Shown here: one piece after another, positions 36,993 through 46,965 of the stretch
Position numbering within the stretch: the first letter of the stretch is position 1
How the letters are laid out: each line of letters starts with the position of its first letter
Source: a virus
DNA length: 64,000 nucleotides
Reading direction: 5' to 3' (one strand)
IMG/VR virus record: IMGVR_UViG_3300042691_028354
Location: 1 to 64,000 of that record
Notes under the pieces: generated by a model
Told to the model about the DNA's origin: nothing
Database searches by the model: none
Seen by the model: the letters and a program-made list of their open reading frames with translations, nothing else
Position numbers and translations under genes: made by a program

Positions 36993-37703
36993 ATGGCAAT
37001 CACACCACGACAAGAACCCGATTACGACAAGATCATGGCTGATCTCGCAGAGCCGTTCCCGCCGGAACTGCTCAAGGTCAACAAGGCTAAGGGCGGTCTT
37101 ACGTACGTCCCGGTGGCCGAAGTCATCGCCCGACTCAACCGAGTCCTGGGCGTCACCGGATGGAACACTCAGGTGGTTGACACCTGGCGCGAACCCGATC
37201 ACGCCGACTGGGTCCTTGCTCGCGTCAAGCTCACTGTGTACATCGGTGATCGCATCATTGAGCGCGAGGGCATCGGCGGCCAGCAGGTGAAGTACAGGAA
37301 GACCGGCGATGTCGTCGACCTCGGCGATGAGTACAAGGGTGCTGTCTCCGACGCCCTCAAGAAGGCAGCACAGAGCCTTGGCGTAGCCCTTGACCTTGCA
37401 CGTTCCGAAGAGGCCCTTGCTTACGACGACGCGATCTACGAGTCGCTTCCCGCTGCCGAACCTTCCCCAAGTGCTGGATTGTTCGGAGTCCTGAAGGAGC
37501 ATCTCGGCACCATGGATCCCAACGCTAAAGAGGCGTTCAAGGCGTGGTGGGCCGAGACTTTCCCCGATGAGCGTTCTCCTGGCACCGGCACCGACGTACA
37601 GCGCCTCAATGACGCCATTGCTCAGGCCGTGGCCATCAAACTTGGAGCCGATTCCGTCGGACCCGTCACTCGTGATGGTGAGCCGATGGAGGATGCCGCC
37701 TAA
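36993..37703 (+). CDS. Rad52/Sak-like single-strand annealing protein
   Basis: LTYV...VIARLNRVLG..GW; KGAVSDALKKAA..LGV.LDL. Confidence 0.85.
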   Translation: MAITPRQEPDYDKIMADLAEPFPPELLKVNKAKGGLTYVPVAEVIARLNRVLGVTGWNTQVVDTWREPDHADWVLARVKLTVYIGDRIIEREGIGGQQVKYRKTGDVVDLGDEYKGAVSDALKKAAQSLGVALDLARSEEALAYDDAIYESLPAAEPSPSAGLFGVLKEHLGTMDPNAKEAFKAWWAETFPDERSPGTGTDVQRLNDAIAQAVAIKLGADSVGPVTRDGEPMEDAA

Positions 37704-38494
37704 TGCAGGTAACTGGCGAACCATGTCAGGCGCCGGCACACCTGTCGCCGTCGTCCATCGGCACGTGGCAACAGTGTCCACTCAAGTTCCGCTACGGCCG
37801 GATTGAGAAACTGCCCGAGCCGTCCACCGAAGCCCAACTCATGGGCAACTTTGTCCACGAAGTTCTTGAGCACTTCTACGAGAAGTCAACCGAAGAGCGC
37901 ACTCAGGTAACGGCTCGCGCTCTTGCTGCGCAGCGCTGGGATGCCGAGTGGGCCGAGAAGGTTCAGGAACTCAACCTCTCACCCGAAGGATTACATCGCT
38001 TCCGCTGGCAATCGTGGTGGTGCATTGAAGCGCTGTGGGAACTCGAGGATCCTCAGGTCCTCCAGCCGGCAGCGGTCGAGCAGCGCCTCACGATGCAGGT
38101 CGATGAAGCGAAGGTGCTTGGCATCGTGGATCGCTACAACTACAACGAGCAGGGTCGTATTGTCGTGTCGGACTACAAGACTGGCAAGAAGCCGCGCCAG
38201 CGCTATGAAGCCGAGAAGCGCTTTCAGTTGCTCGTGTACACCGACATGCTTCAGCAGCATCTTGACGCTGAGGTTGCTGTCGCTGAACTGCTGTACCTGA
38301 AGGAAAAAGTGAAGTGGGCCATTGAACCCACGAAAACCGAACTGACGCGTATGCGTACTACTGTTGTACGAGTATGGAACGAGCTACAGCAGGCGTGCAT
38401 TACCGGCACGTTTGAAGCCAAGCGTGGAATCCTCTGCGATTGGTGTAGCTACAAGACCTTCTGTCCTGCTTGGCAACACTCTTATGCTCCCTGA
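37703..38494 (+). CDS. RecB-family PD-(D/E)xK exonuclease (AddB/Cas4-like Cys cluster)
   Basis: LSPS...CP, GNFVH, GIVDR, DYKTG, QLLVY, CDWCSYKTFC. Confidence 0.88.
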   Translation: MQVTGEPCQAPAHLSPSSIGTWQQCPLKFRYGRIEKLPEPSTEAQLMGNFVHEVLEHFYEKSTEERTQVTARALAAQRWDAEWAEKVQELNLSPEGLHRFRWQSWWCIEALWELEDPQVLQPAAVEQRLTMQVDEAKVLGIVDRYNYNEQGRIVVSDYKTGKKPRQRYEAEKRFQLLVYTDMLQQHLDAEVAVAELLYLKEKVKWAIEPTKTELTRMRTTVVRVWNELQQACITGTFEAKRGILCDWCSYKTFCPAWQHSYAP

Positions 38495-38984
38495 TGAACC
38501 CTTCGCCAGACTCGTCGCTGATGACGTGAAGAACAAGGTCTCTGCCTCACAGGCGGAGTACCTTAGGCTTCCCGAGAATCGAGAGCGCTGGAGTCAGCAC
38601 CTTCAGGCCCTTGTACGAAACCTCAACTCTCAACTTGAGGACCTCTCGGAACGGGAGCGACAGGAGATCGGTCGCTACGAGATGCTCGGAGCTGACGGGG
38701 TTCGCCTCATGGCGGAGATCCAAACCGAGCTCGAAGATCGCCGACGCAAGATCGGTCGTTTCCGCTTCTACGTCGAAGCGCGCCTTGACGAAGTTGACCG
38801 CCTTATCGCAGTGACCAGTGATGACCCGGTTGAGCAAGGGCGCTCCATTGACCTTGTCCGTTCGGCAATCATCCGCCACCGAGAGATCATTGTCGGCAAC
38901 GACTTTGACTACAGCGAAGTTGACGAAGCGCTGTGGGCGACCCTCGAGGGCAAGTGGTTGTTTGACGACCTGGTCCTGGACTAG
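38484..38984 (+). CDS. Hypothetical coiled-coil protein
   Basis: ATG 38484 overlaps the upstream gene. Confidence 0.7.
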   Translation: MLPDEPFARLVADDVKNKVSASQAEYLRLPENRERWSQHLQALVRNLNSQLEDLSERERQEIGRYEMLGADGVRLMAEIQTELEDRRRKIGRFRFYVEARLDEVDRLIAVTSDDPVEQGRSIDLVRSAIIRHREIIVGNDFDYSEVDEALWATLEGKWLFDDLVLD

Positions 38985-38986
38985 CC

Positions 38987-40078
38987 ATGCGGCGCCAAAC
39001 GAAGCGCCAAGTGATCAAGGTCGGCGTCGCAACGACTGACTGGTCAGGTTCCATAACCGACTCACGTGGCTGGCCGGCCCTCGGAGGCGCTGGTTGGGTT
39101 CGCTTTGGTCAACAGAAGCGTCACCTCAAGAACCATGTCGTCATCGGCAACCTCGCCGTGGTCGGTGGTCGCTTGGCCGTCTACACCCCCGATCAACGCC
39201 TTCATGCCGACTGTGACGTTGTAGTCCTTCAGCGATACATGGACGACTGGGTTCCCGAAGCAGTGGCCCGTGCCGTAGCCGGCGGCCAGATTGTGATCAA
39301 CGATGTCGATGACTGGTTCTGGGGAATCCACCCCAAGAACCAAGCAGCCAAACTTGTTGATCCCGAACTGAACAAGACCTCCAACATTGATCACTACCGA
39401 GACACACTCAGTGCATCGACTGTCGTGACGTGCTCCACGCCGTTCTTGGCTGAACGCATTGGCGAGTTCGGCATTGAAACCAAAGTAATCCGAAACGGCG
39501 TTGCTACAACAATGTTTCGCGAGCGGCTCCACAAGACTGGACGCCCGATCATTGGATGGACCGGCTCAACAGCGCATCGCTCCGGCGACCTTGGCGTCTT
39601 TGCCAAAGTTGTTCCATTGATTGAAGGCAACTCGCGCTTTCATCACACCGGCTCGTATGAAAAGTACCCAGCATTCGCCAAGGAAATCGGCGTGCTGCCG
39701 GCGCGAGTGTCCACACTTCCGATGCTTGCCCCAGAGGACTATCCACTCGGATTGGCCTTCGACGTCGGTATCGTCCCATTGACTGACATCGAGTTCAACA
39801 AGGCCAAGAGCTACATCAAGGGTCTTGAATACGCAGCAGCGTCGATCCCGTTCATCGCATCTCCATCGCCCGAGTACGTGCATCTCCATAAAGAGACTGG
39901 CATCGGGCGGATTGCAGAAACCCCGCAAGAGTGGGCTGCACATCTCAACGAACTGCGAGACCCGGAACTGCGCACAAAGGAAGCCCGTCGATCACGGATG
40001 GCGGTTCGCGACAACGGCCTTGATGCCCTGGCTGCTGCGCGCTCATGGGATTCACTGTTTTGGGAGTTACACCAGTGA
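38987..40078 (+). CDS. GT-B (GT4-like) glycosyltransferase
   Basis: INDVDD, IGWTGS..H..DL, DVGIVPL...FNKAKSYIKGLEY...IPFIAS. Confidence 0.85.
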   Translation: MRRQTKRQVIKVGVATTDWSGSITDSRGWPALGGAGWVRFGQQKRHLKNHVVIGNLAVVGGRLAVYTPDQRLHADCDVVVLQRYMDDWVPEAVARAVAGGQIVINDVDDWFWGIHPKNQAAKLVDPELNKTSNIDHYRDTLSASTVVTCSTPFLAERIGEFGIETKVIRNGVATTMFRERLHKTGRPIIGWTGSTAHRSGDLGVFAKVVPLIEGNSRFHHTGSYEKYPAFAKEIGVLPARVSTLPMLAPEDYPLGLAFDVGIVPLTDIEFNKAKSYIKGLEYAAASIPFIASPSPEYVHLHKETGIGRIAETPQEWAAHLNELRDPELRTKEARRSRMAVRDNGLDALAAARSWDSLFWELHQ

Positions 40079-40377
40079 GGCATCGTTCCAAGAAGAAAGA
40101 AGCCGAGTACCGCCTGCGTCGCCCCTTGGTCGAGCGAATGCTCACCGAGCAGCCGTGGTGCCAGGCATGTCCAGTCTTTGCTGAACATGACGAGAAGGTC
40201 ACTTACGTTCGCAACCGGTCCTGCGATGTACACGAACTGAAGCGCCGCAGCCAGGGTGGCTCGATCCTTGATGAGGACAACTGCATCACGGTGTGTCGGC
40301 CGTGTCACCGCCGGATCGGCAACTACCCACAACTTGCTGTTGATCTTGGTTTGGCCCGTTGGTCCTGGGAGGACTAG
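40075..40377 (+). CDS. HNH endonuclease
   Basis: CQAC...DVHE..RRSQGG....N...CRPCH. Confidence 0.85.
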   Translation: MRHRSKKKEAEYRLRRPLVERMLTEQPWCQACPVFAEHDEKVTYVRNRSCDVHELKRRSQGGSILDEDNCITVCRPCHRRIGNYPQLAVDLGLARWSWED

Positions 40378-40991
40378 GAGTTTTGGGTGTCCATGGGGGA
40401 GTACGAACCAACTCGTTGGCTTAGACGCGCTGAGTGATTCCACTGAGAGGCCAGCGCTGCGCCGTCATCGGTGAGGTGTCCGCCCCCGTTGAGATAGCCG
40501 TCGGTGCGACTCGCAACCACCAGCGCATCGGCCACGTTGATGAGCTTGACGGCCAGGCCGCGGCGTCGGAACTCGTTGGCAACATAGATCTGTTCAATCG
40601 TCGCATCCGAACGACGCCACTTGATGGCGGCTACCTGATCGGCTGCGGTCTTGCCGGTCAGACGGAACTGGTCAGCGTCAAGCACTGTTCCGTCGGTGAA
40701 ACGCTTGTCGGCAAATGCCATCAGAGCGGCGACGCCACCGATCATGTCGTTGTAGTTGATCAGTAGATACCAAAGACTTGGTGCCTTGGGCAGGTGGGCG
40801 TGGTCAACGTGAACCGTCAGGTGCTGACCATTGAGTGACACTCGGGAGAACGGATCCGCCCCCGTGGGTCTGACGTTGGACTCAATCGTGGATGGGTGGG
40901 GATGCTCGTCGGTCGCAAACGACTCGACTGCATTCCATCCGTCCATGAGTGAATCGGAACGCCAAAACCACAGGGTCGGGTAGTCCGGCAT
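40374..40991 (-). CDS. GNAT-fold acetyltransferase-like protein
   Basis: IEQIYVANEFRRRGLAVKL acetyl-CoA-binding motif A. Confidence 0.7.
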   Translation of the reverse strand: MPDYPTLWFWRSDSLMDGWNAVESFATDEHPHPSTIESNVRPTGADPFSRVSLNGQHLTVHVDHAHLPKAPSLWYLLINYNDMIGGVAALMAFADKRFTDGTVLDADQFRLTGKTAADQVAAIKWRRSDATIEQIYVANEFRRRGLAVKLINVADALVVASRTDGYLNGGGHLTDDGAALASQWNHSARLSQRVGSYSPMDTQNS

Positions 40992-41500
40992 TAGACGTTC
41001 GGGCTTGACCCGGTGTAAGAGATGGCGATTGTCACCTTTGCTGCGGTGAGGTCGTAGGTCTCGAAGTCGCCACCGTCACTGCTCACGTAGAGCATGAGGT
41101 ACTCATCGGGATCCATCTGTGCCACGTTGCCGACGTAGTCCGTGGTTGACCACCACGAGGCTTCTTCGACTGGGACTGAAACATTGCTGGTCCAGTCGCC
41201 CTGTCCGCAGTTGACGGTTGGCTTCTCGTTGTCACCGAAGAACGGGACGATGTCTTCGTAGTAGGCGGGGTCGTCGACGCCAACTGACTTGCGACCCTTC
41301 ATGGCCCCAAGTTCCCAAATGCGGTCCCAGTCGGTTGCGTCGGGGCCTTCTCCGCGCATTTCACCGTTCACGGTGAACTTGACGCCGGTGACGATGACTT
41401 TCTGAGGAAATGAGACAAGGCAGTAGTAGTCACCACTGCCGTTCTCGTCAACGCCGTCAATGTCGACACTGAGAATGGAATCTGGAATGATGCCTGACAT
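40991..41500 (-). CDS. Hypothetical acidic beta-rich protein
   Basis: ATG 41500; coupled to the GNAT gene. Confidence 0.65.
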   Translation of the reverse strand: MSGIIPDSILSVDIDGVDENGSGDYYCLVSFPQKVIVTGVKFTVNGEMRGEGPDATDWDRIWELGAMKGRKSVGVDDPAYYEDIVPFFGDNEKPTVNCGQGDWTSNVSVPVEEASWWSTTDYVGNVAQMDPDEYLMLYVSSDGGDFETYDLTAAKVTIAISYTGSSPNV

Positions 41501-41599
41501 GGTCTCTCTTTCTGTTGGGAAGAACCAACTGACCAAGATAGAACTTGAATCATCCGTCTACCCGTAAGTTGTGAGTGTCAAACAATGTAGCCTGACGGT

Positions 41600-42118
41600 G
41601 TGATAACCGTCATTGGACTGGACCTTTCGCTCACTTCAACCGGCATCTGCGTTGATGGCGTTGCCGAGTCGCTCAGCAGTCAACTCAAGGGCGTAGAGCG
41701 ATTGGCTGATCTTGCCGAGCAGGTCTGTGAACGCGTGAGTTCAACGCCCCATGCCGTCGTGTGCGTGGAGGGATACTCGTTCGGATCTCGCAACTCTCAG
41801 GCTCATGCCATTGGTGAGCTCGGGGGAGTGGTGAGGTACCGACTGTGGCAACTGGGCATACCTGTCGTGGACATCCCCCCGACGTGTCGGGCGAAGTTCG
41901 CTACCGGTCGAGGCAACGCCGGCAAGGACGAGGTGGTCTCGGCCATCTCGGCCCGCACCGGCATTGTCTGGGCAGGTAAAGGCGCCAATGACAGATGTGA
42001 TGCGTGGATCCTTGAAGAGATGGGTCGCACCCATTTCAACTCCCAGCGCTACGACTGGCCTCAGGTGAATCTTTCCGCCATGGACAAGGTGGATTGGTCG
42101 CCCTTTACATCACAATAG
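41600..42118 (+). CDS. RuvC-like Holliday junction resolvase
   Basis: IGLDLSLTSTG, VEGYS, KFATGRGNAGK, DRCDA. Confidence 0.85.
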   Translation: MITVIGLDLSLTSTGICVDGVAESLSSQLKGVERLADLAEQVCERVSSTPHAVVCVEGYSFGSRNSQAHAIGELGGVVRYRLWQLGIPVVDIPPTCRAKFATGRGNAGKDEVVSAISARTGIVWAGKGANDRCDAWILEEMGRTHFNSQRYDWPQVNLSAMDKVDWSPFTSQ

Positions 42119-42139
42119 CGACGGTCTACAGTCCGTCAC

Positions 42140-42502
42140 ATGGCAATGACCAACGGAGTTCAACGGTCACGTCCGATCTCGCAGGTAGATGTCGAAGAAG
42201 AAATCATTCGACTGCTGAATCTTCTTGAGGCGGAGACCGAAGCGTTTGAGGCCCTGGCCGAAGACGGTGCAAAGAAGGAAGCGAAGTACAAGGCGGAATG
42301 GGCAAAGGCCTACCTCTCGGCCACCGGCTCCATCAAAGAGCGCGAAGCGTGGTCCGACTACCAAATGGAAGACAAGGCGCTTGACTTCAAGATCGCCGAA
42401 GGACTCGTGAAGGCAAAGCGGGAGAAGTTGACTTCGTTGAGGACCTCCATAGATGCCCTGCGCACGTTGAACGCCAACGTCCGTAGTCAGGTGATGCCGT
42501 GA
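42140..42502 (+). CDS. Coiled-coil hypothetical protein
   Basis: Helical ORF; leaderless TACAGT. Confidence 0.75.
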   Translation: MAMTNGVQRSRPISQVDVEEEIIRLLNLLEAETEAFEALAEDGAKKEAKYKAEWAKAYLSATGSIKEREAWSDYQMEDKALDFKIAEGLVKAKREKLTSLRTSIDALRTLNANVRSQVMP

Positions 42503-43293
42503 ATGAGCGGGTTCACCCGAAGCTTGATCCGTTGATTGTCCCGGTCTCGTCGTTGCGCTATCTCGAGCCGAACCCGCGCAAGGGCAATGTGCTCGCGATC
42601 AAGGCCTCTCTTGAGCAGTTCGGTCAGCTCAAGCCGATCGTTACCAGGCTCAATGAAGACGGCACCGCCACGGTCCTAACCGGAAATCACACCCTGAAGG
42701 CAGCGGTTCTACTGGGGTGGGAGTACATCGCCGCAGTGGTTGACGAAAGCATGGATGACGCCCACGCGTCGGCTTTCTCATTGGTAGACAACCGAGTGAA
42801 CGAGCTCGGCAGTGTCGACTCTGAGATCCTGTACGACGCGCTCATTGACGTGGTCGAAGTGATGCCTGAGATGTTTGACGCCGTGGGCTGGGACGACTTT
42901 GAGATCGCCTCCATTGCAGTGGGCGTTGAGAACGACGATGGCACTGTAGCCACTGGGCAGGCCGGCGGATACGTTGCCCCCGAGTTTGTTGGCCGCACCG
43001 GAGAGCCAACGGTCAAGCCAACCTTGGATTCCACCGACCCCGAAGGGCCTCGACTTGTCGCCCCATCCGGGACCGATGAACGCGCCGCCATCGTCGCCGG
43101 TGTGGGTGGAGCGATCTCTCAAAACCCGAACGCCAAGAAGGCCGCCGTCCAGTACACGCTTGTGTTTGATGACGCTGACCAAATGGGGCGCTGGTGGGAG
43201 TTTGTCCGCTTCCTTCGATCTTCCGAGGTCTATGTCGGCGAGACCATCTCCGAGCGACTCATGGACTTCATTGAAGCCCACAGCGACTTCTAG
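42499..43293 (+). CDS. ParB/Srx N-terminal domain protein
   Basis: NPRKGN...SLEQFGQ.KPIV...VLTGNH...A..LGW...DNR. Confidence 0.85.
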   Translation: MNERVHPKLDPLIVPVSSLRYLEPNPRKGNVLAIKASLEQFGQLKPIVTRLNEDGTATVLTGNHTLKAAVLLGWEYIAAVVDESMDDAHASAFSLVDNRVNELGSVDSEILYDALIDVVEVMPEMFDAVGWDDFEIASIAVGVENDDGTVATGQAGGYVAPEFVGRTGEPTVKPTLDSTDPEGPRLVAPSGTDERAAIVAGVGGAISQNPNAKKAAVQYTLVFDDADQMGRWWEFVRFLRSSEVYVGETISERLMDFIEAHSDF

Positions 43294-43301
43294 GAGTCAT
43301 C

Positions 43302-43451
43302 GTGGAAGCCGATGTCGAACTGAAACGCACGCAAGACAATCGTGCGTGGTTCCTCAAAGTTGGCGATGAGGTCATCTTCTTGGAGTCCACGTCCGTGGGC
43401 GTTCGCTGCCCAGAGTGCGGCTATGTCGGTTGCCGTTGCGAGGACTGGTAG
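43302..43451 (+). CDS. Small zinc-ribbon protein (49 aa, ...RCPECGYVGCRCEDW)
   Basis: Hand translation; AGGAG RBS before GTG. Confidence 0.6.
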   Translation: MEADVELKRTQDNRAWFLKVGDEVIFLESTSVGVRCPECGYVGCRCEDW

Positions 43452-43496
43452 CAATCGGTCATACTGAGTTCTCTATCTAGTCCTAGTGAGTCAAGC

Positions 43497-43838
43497 ATGA
43501 GTAAATCTGAAAAGTACGTCGCAGTTCTAATCTCACAACGCACAGCGGATGAGTTGACCAAGTACGTCGACTGTTACGCCCCTTTACTGAATGAGGTGGC
43601 CCTCGCCTGCACCCAGCCCTTCAAGGAGTCGGCTGAGGTCGACGAGATCAAGCGCCTGCGGGGAATCATTGATGAGCTCATCCCGTACCTGATCATTGAC
43701 GTGCGCTCCGGCATCACCTTGGGGGAGCCGCCCCTGGGACACGATGACGACTGCTCCGACTGCGACTGGTACCGAGAGTCACTGGCGTGGAAGCAGCGCC
43801 TCAAGTCGGGCGAACTGGGATCGGTGTACAGGCTGTGA
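43497..43838 (+). CDS. Hypothetical protein
   Basis: ORF coupled to the next gene. Confidence 0.65.
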   Translation: MSKSEKYVAVLISQRTADELTKYVDCYAPLLNEVALACTQPFKESAEVDEIKRLRGIIDELIPYLIIDVRSGITLGEPPLGHDDDCSDCDWYRESLAWKQRLKSGELGSVYRL

Positions 43839-44998
43839 CCCGCCAGCGCATGTTCTTGGACATGTCATGCGTCGATGCAGCCCGAGAGCGCATGCGCCAC
43901 ATCTACGACACCTTTGACACAGTGTGCGTGCAGTTCTCAGGCGGCAAAGACTCAACCGCCGTATTGCTGCTCGCCAAGGAGATCCACGACGAGCGCAACC
44001 TCGGCCCAGTCAAGGTCATCTTCCGAGACGAAGAGATGCTCAGTCCCATGGTCGAGGAATACCTGCTGTTCGTGCGCGAACTGCCGTGGGTTGACATGGA
44101 GTGGTTCTGCCTTCCCGTCGGACAGGAAGTCTGGGTGCTGGGTCGGCGCGAATACGTGCTGCTGTGGTCACCCGAGCGGGCCGCCGAGGGCCGACTTGTC
44201 CGAGAGATGCCGTCATGGGCAATCGGCGCCGAAGACTTCGGTCTTGACCCGGCAGAGCCGATCCCCGAGTCCATCGACTACTACACGATGGTCGGAAAGA
44301 AAGGCATGACGGCCTTCGTCACCGGCGTGCGGGCAAACGAGTCAATGATTCGTTACCGCTCCTGTGTGCAGAAGCTCCACGAGAACTACATCGTTCAGCC
44401 CTACCGGCTCAAGAAGTCCATTCCATTGCGGTTCGCCAAGCCGATCTACGACTGGACCACCAACGACGTGTTGCGCTTCGTGACCGTCGAACACGACTTC
44501 CCCGTCTGCGAGTACTACACCGTTGCTGCGATCAGTGGCTCCAATGCCCGAGTGGGTGTGCCGTTGCATTCAGTCGCGGCCCGACGCATCGGCGACGTTG
44601 TGGCAACCGAACCGGAGTTCTACGACCGCCTCTACGACTGCTTCCCACACATCGACGCCCAGCGCCGACTGTGGTCTCAAGTCAACGTGGACGCGTTGGT
44701 CGACTCCTACGCACTTGACGAATGGGACGGCGTTCGTCGCTGTATTGAGGACAACGTGTTGACCCCAGGATTGACCCAGGACGCAATGGCCTATGCCGCC
44801 GCCTTCCGAAAGAAGTGGGCCAACGATCCTTGGTCCTACCCCCTTGAGTGGCTGGTGCGAAACCTACTCCTGAATGACTTCTCAGTCACTTCAGTTACTC
44901 CCGTCGGCCCCAAGACGCGCGCCCACGCTCGCCGCATGGCCGCCGCCCAACAGATGGCTGACGCCAACACCCTCGACGCTTTGGACGACAACCGATGA
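43835..44998 (+). CDS. PAPS-reductase-family PP-loop protein (IbrA/YbdN-like)
   Basis: QFSGGKDS, FRDEE, GVRANES..R, PIYDWTTNDV. Confidence 0.85.
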   Translation: MTRQRMFLDMSCVDAARERMRHIYDTFDTVCVQFSGGKDSTAVLLLAKEIHDERNLGPVKVIFRDEEMLSPMVEEYLLFVRELPWVDMEWFCLPVGQEVWVLGRREYVLLWSPERAAEGRLVREMPSWAIGAEDFGLDPAEPIPESIDYYTMVGKKGMTAFVTGVRANESMIRYRSCVQKLHENYIVQPYRLKKSIPLRFAKPIYDWTTNDVLRFVTVEHDFPVCEYYTVAAISGSNARVGVPLHSVAARRIGDVVATEPEFYDRLYDCFPHIDAQRRLWSQVNVDALVDSYALDEWDGVRRCIEDNVLTPGLTQDAMAYAAAFRKKWANDPWSYPLEWLVRNLLLNDFSVTSVTPVGPKTRAHARRMAAAQQMADANTLDALDDNR

Positions 44999-45543
44999 AC
45001 CCAATCGACACCCTCACCTACGTATCAACAGATGAACTCACACCGGCTCCATGGCGAGTGACATACACACTGAAGCCAGACATGATCACCATTGCCGAAA
45101 GCCTGCTTGCCAACGGGTGGATCCAGCCGATCGTCGCTCGTCACGACGGAACCATCATTGATGGTCATGCTCGAGTCTTCATAGCCTCAACCGACCCACG
45201 CCTAGACGGGTCAGTCGTCCCCGTGGTGCGCCTGAACGTGGACGATCCAACTGCGGTGGCTACACACATCCAACTCAATCGGGGCCGAGGCGGTGTGCAG
45301 GCAAAGCAACTGAGCCGAGCCATCAAACGACTCATCGCAGCCGGGTGGGACGACGAACGCATCTGCGCGTCACTACACATGGACTTTGAGGAGTTCGACC
45401 TGCTTGCCGACGGATCACTGATCAAGTCCAAGAAACTGGCAGAGCACAAGTGGTCACCCGCGTGGATTCCTGTCGAAGCACCGCCAGCCGGCAGCATTCA
45501 GGAGACCGTTCACATTGAGAGGCCACCCAACGGCGACCGCTGA
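44995..45543 (+). CDS. ParB-like nuclease-fold protein (IbrB/YbdM-like)
   Basis: SLLANGWIQPIV...IIDGHAR...NRGRG. Confidence 0.8.
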   Translation: MNPIDTLTYVSTDELTPAPWRVTYTLKPDMITIAESLLANGWIQPIVARHDGTIIDGHARVFIASTDPRLDGSVVPVVRLNVDDPTAVATHIQLNRGRGGVQAKQLSRAIKRLIAAGWDDERICASLHMDFEEFDLLADGSLIKSKKLAEHKWSPAWIPVEAPPAGSIQETVHIERPPNGDR

Positions 45544-45612
45544 GCATCTGCTGACTCAGTAGCACGAAGTGGTACCTTCGGGGTGTAGTTCGTCATGAAC
45601 GAGGTCCTTTGA

Positions 45613-45846
45613 ATGGCTATCCAGCGCCGCCGCCGAGATGTAGAACTCAGCCGTCGCGACCGACGTCGTCGTCGGCCTCGTCGCACTTCGGTGACCCCGA
45701 ACGCAGAAGTTACTCCTGACATCACCCCAAACCGACCTGGCTCCACGCCGGCCACCCCAGAGCGTCGTCGCGGTTTCGCTCGACGCCTTGCCGATGCGCT
45801 TCGCCGAACCGGTCGACGCATCGCCGGCACCAGCAACGACGGCTAG
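45613..45846 (+). CDS. Arg-rich protamine-like small protein
   Basis: 23 Arg in 77 aa; GAGGT RBS; first gene of the neck/tail operon. Confidence 0.65.
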   Translation: MAIQRRRRDVELSRRDRRRRRPRRTSVTPNAEVTPDITPNRPGSTPATPERRRGFARRLADALRRTGRRIAGTSNDG

Positions 45847-45859
45847 GGCGGTCTAGCTC

Positions 45860-46489
45860 ATGCTCGTTGACGCTGACGACCTGGCCACCTACATGGACCT
45901 TGGCCGGTTTACGAACCGCCAAGAGGCCAACGCCGACCTGATCCTTGAGGGCGTTCAGGCAGAAATCGCCTCATACCTGCGCCGACCGGTTGAACCGGAG
46001 GAGTTTCTGGAGGTCTACACGATCCCCGAGGACTACCTCTACATCTCCCCAAGCGCGTACTTCTACGATCGAACCCTTGACGTCACAGCCGACTCCATCG
46101 AGCGCATCGTGGAACCGCCTTACACGTTGCACCTACGCCAAAGCCCAGTGTCCGAGGTAGAGCAGGTCAGAGTCAAGGGTCGCGCTGCTGCCACATGGAC
46201 GACACTGACCGCCGGCACGCAGTACGTGGCTAGCCGGTGGGGAATCGACATGTTTGCTGTTCAGGCTTTCGATCAGGTCGAGGTCACCTACACCGCCGGG
46301 CTTGAGGAACAGGCTCAGAAGTACATCCGTCTCCTGATCTTGCGCGTAGCAAGCCGAGAGATGCAGAACCTCACCGATGATGTGGTCGGCCTCAAGGATC
46401 TGAACACGCGAGAGGTCGCCGTCCAGGACGTCGGACTCACCGAACGCGACTTCATGGTGTTGAAGCGGTGGCGTAGGCGGCAGATCTAG
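45860..46489 (+). CDS. Head-tail adaptor (neck) protein
   Basis: Position; VEVTYTAG pattern of gp15/gp6-like adaptors. Confidence 0.75.
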   Translation: MLVDADDLATYMDLGRFTNRQEANADLILEGVQAEIASYLRRPVEPEEFLEVYTIPEDYLYISPSAYFYDRTLDVTADSIERIVEPPYTLHLRQSPVSEVEQVRVKGRAAATWTTLTAGTQYVASRWGIDMFAVQAFDQVEVTYTAGLEEQAQKYIRLLILRVASREMQNLTDDVVGLKDLNTREVAVQDVGLTERDFMVLKRWRRRQI

Positions 46490-46491
46490 CC

Positions 46492-46965
46492 ATGACCTCC
46501 GTAGAGATTGACGTCGACATCTCCGAGGCCTTTTGGCACATTCGCGGCATCAAGGAGAAAATGGGCCACTACAAGCCCGTCTTTGAGATCGCACGCGAGT
46601 TCCTTGAAACAGCAAACGCCTCCAACTTCGCCAATCACGGCGTGTCGTCGGGCAAACCTTGGGCTCCTTACGGCACATGGTCGGCTCGCGCTGGGCAGCC
46701 GGTGACGATGGTGAGCAGGCGTGGCGGCAATCTGCTTGAGTCGCTGACCAACCTGCGCGGCATGCCCAACGAGATCAACGACTCCACGGCAACTTTCGGA
46801 ACCAACATTCGCTACGCACAGTTCCACCAGTACGGAACTTCCAACATGCCGGCCCGTGAGATCGTGTTCGAGCCGGTTGGGTTCAAGAAGGCGCTCTCAG
46901 CAGTGACCGACACCTACCTCACCGGGCTGAACCCAAGCCTTGATGACCTGAAGGCGTCGTTCTGA
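46492..46965 (+). CDS. Virion morphogenesis (Mu gpG-like) neck protein
   Basis: FGTNIRYAQFHQYGT..MPAR. Confidence 0.8.
   Translation: MTSVEIDVDISEAFWHIRGIKEKMGHYKPVFEIAREFLETANASNFANHGVSSGKPWAPYGTWSARAGQPVTMVSRRGGNLLESLTNLRGMPNEINDSTATFGTNIRYAQFHQYGTSNMPAREIVFEPVGFKKALSAVTDTYLTGLNPSLDDLKASF

Noticed and set aside
37703-38494. CRISPR-associated Cas4 / CRISPR locus
   Set aside because: No repeat-spacer array or other cas genes seen; the gene pairs with a Rad52-like annealase as a recombination module
43835-45543. Canonical dnd/ssp phosphorothioation operon
   Set aside because: No DndD ATPase, DndE or cysteine desulfurase in the window; the pair looks more like IbrA/IbrB
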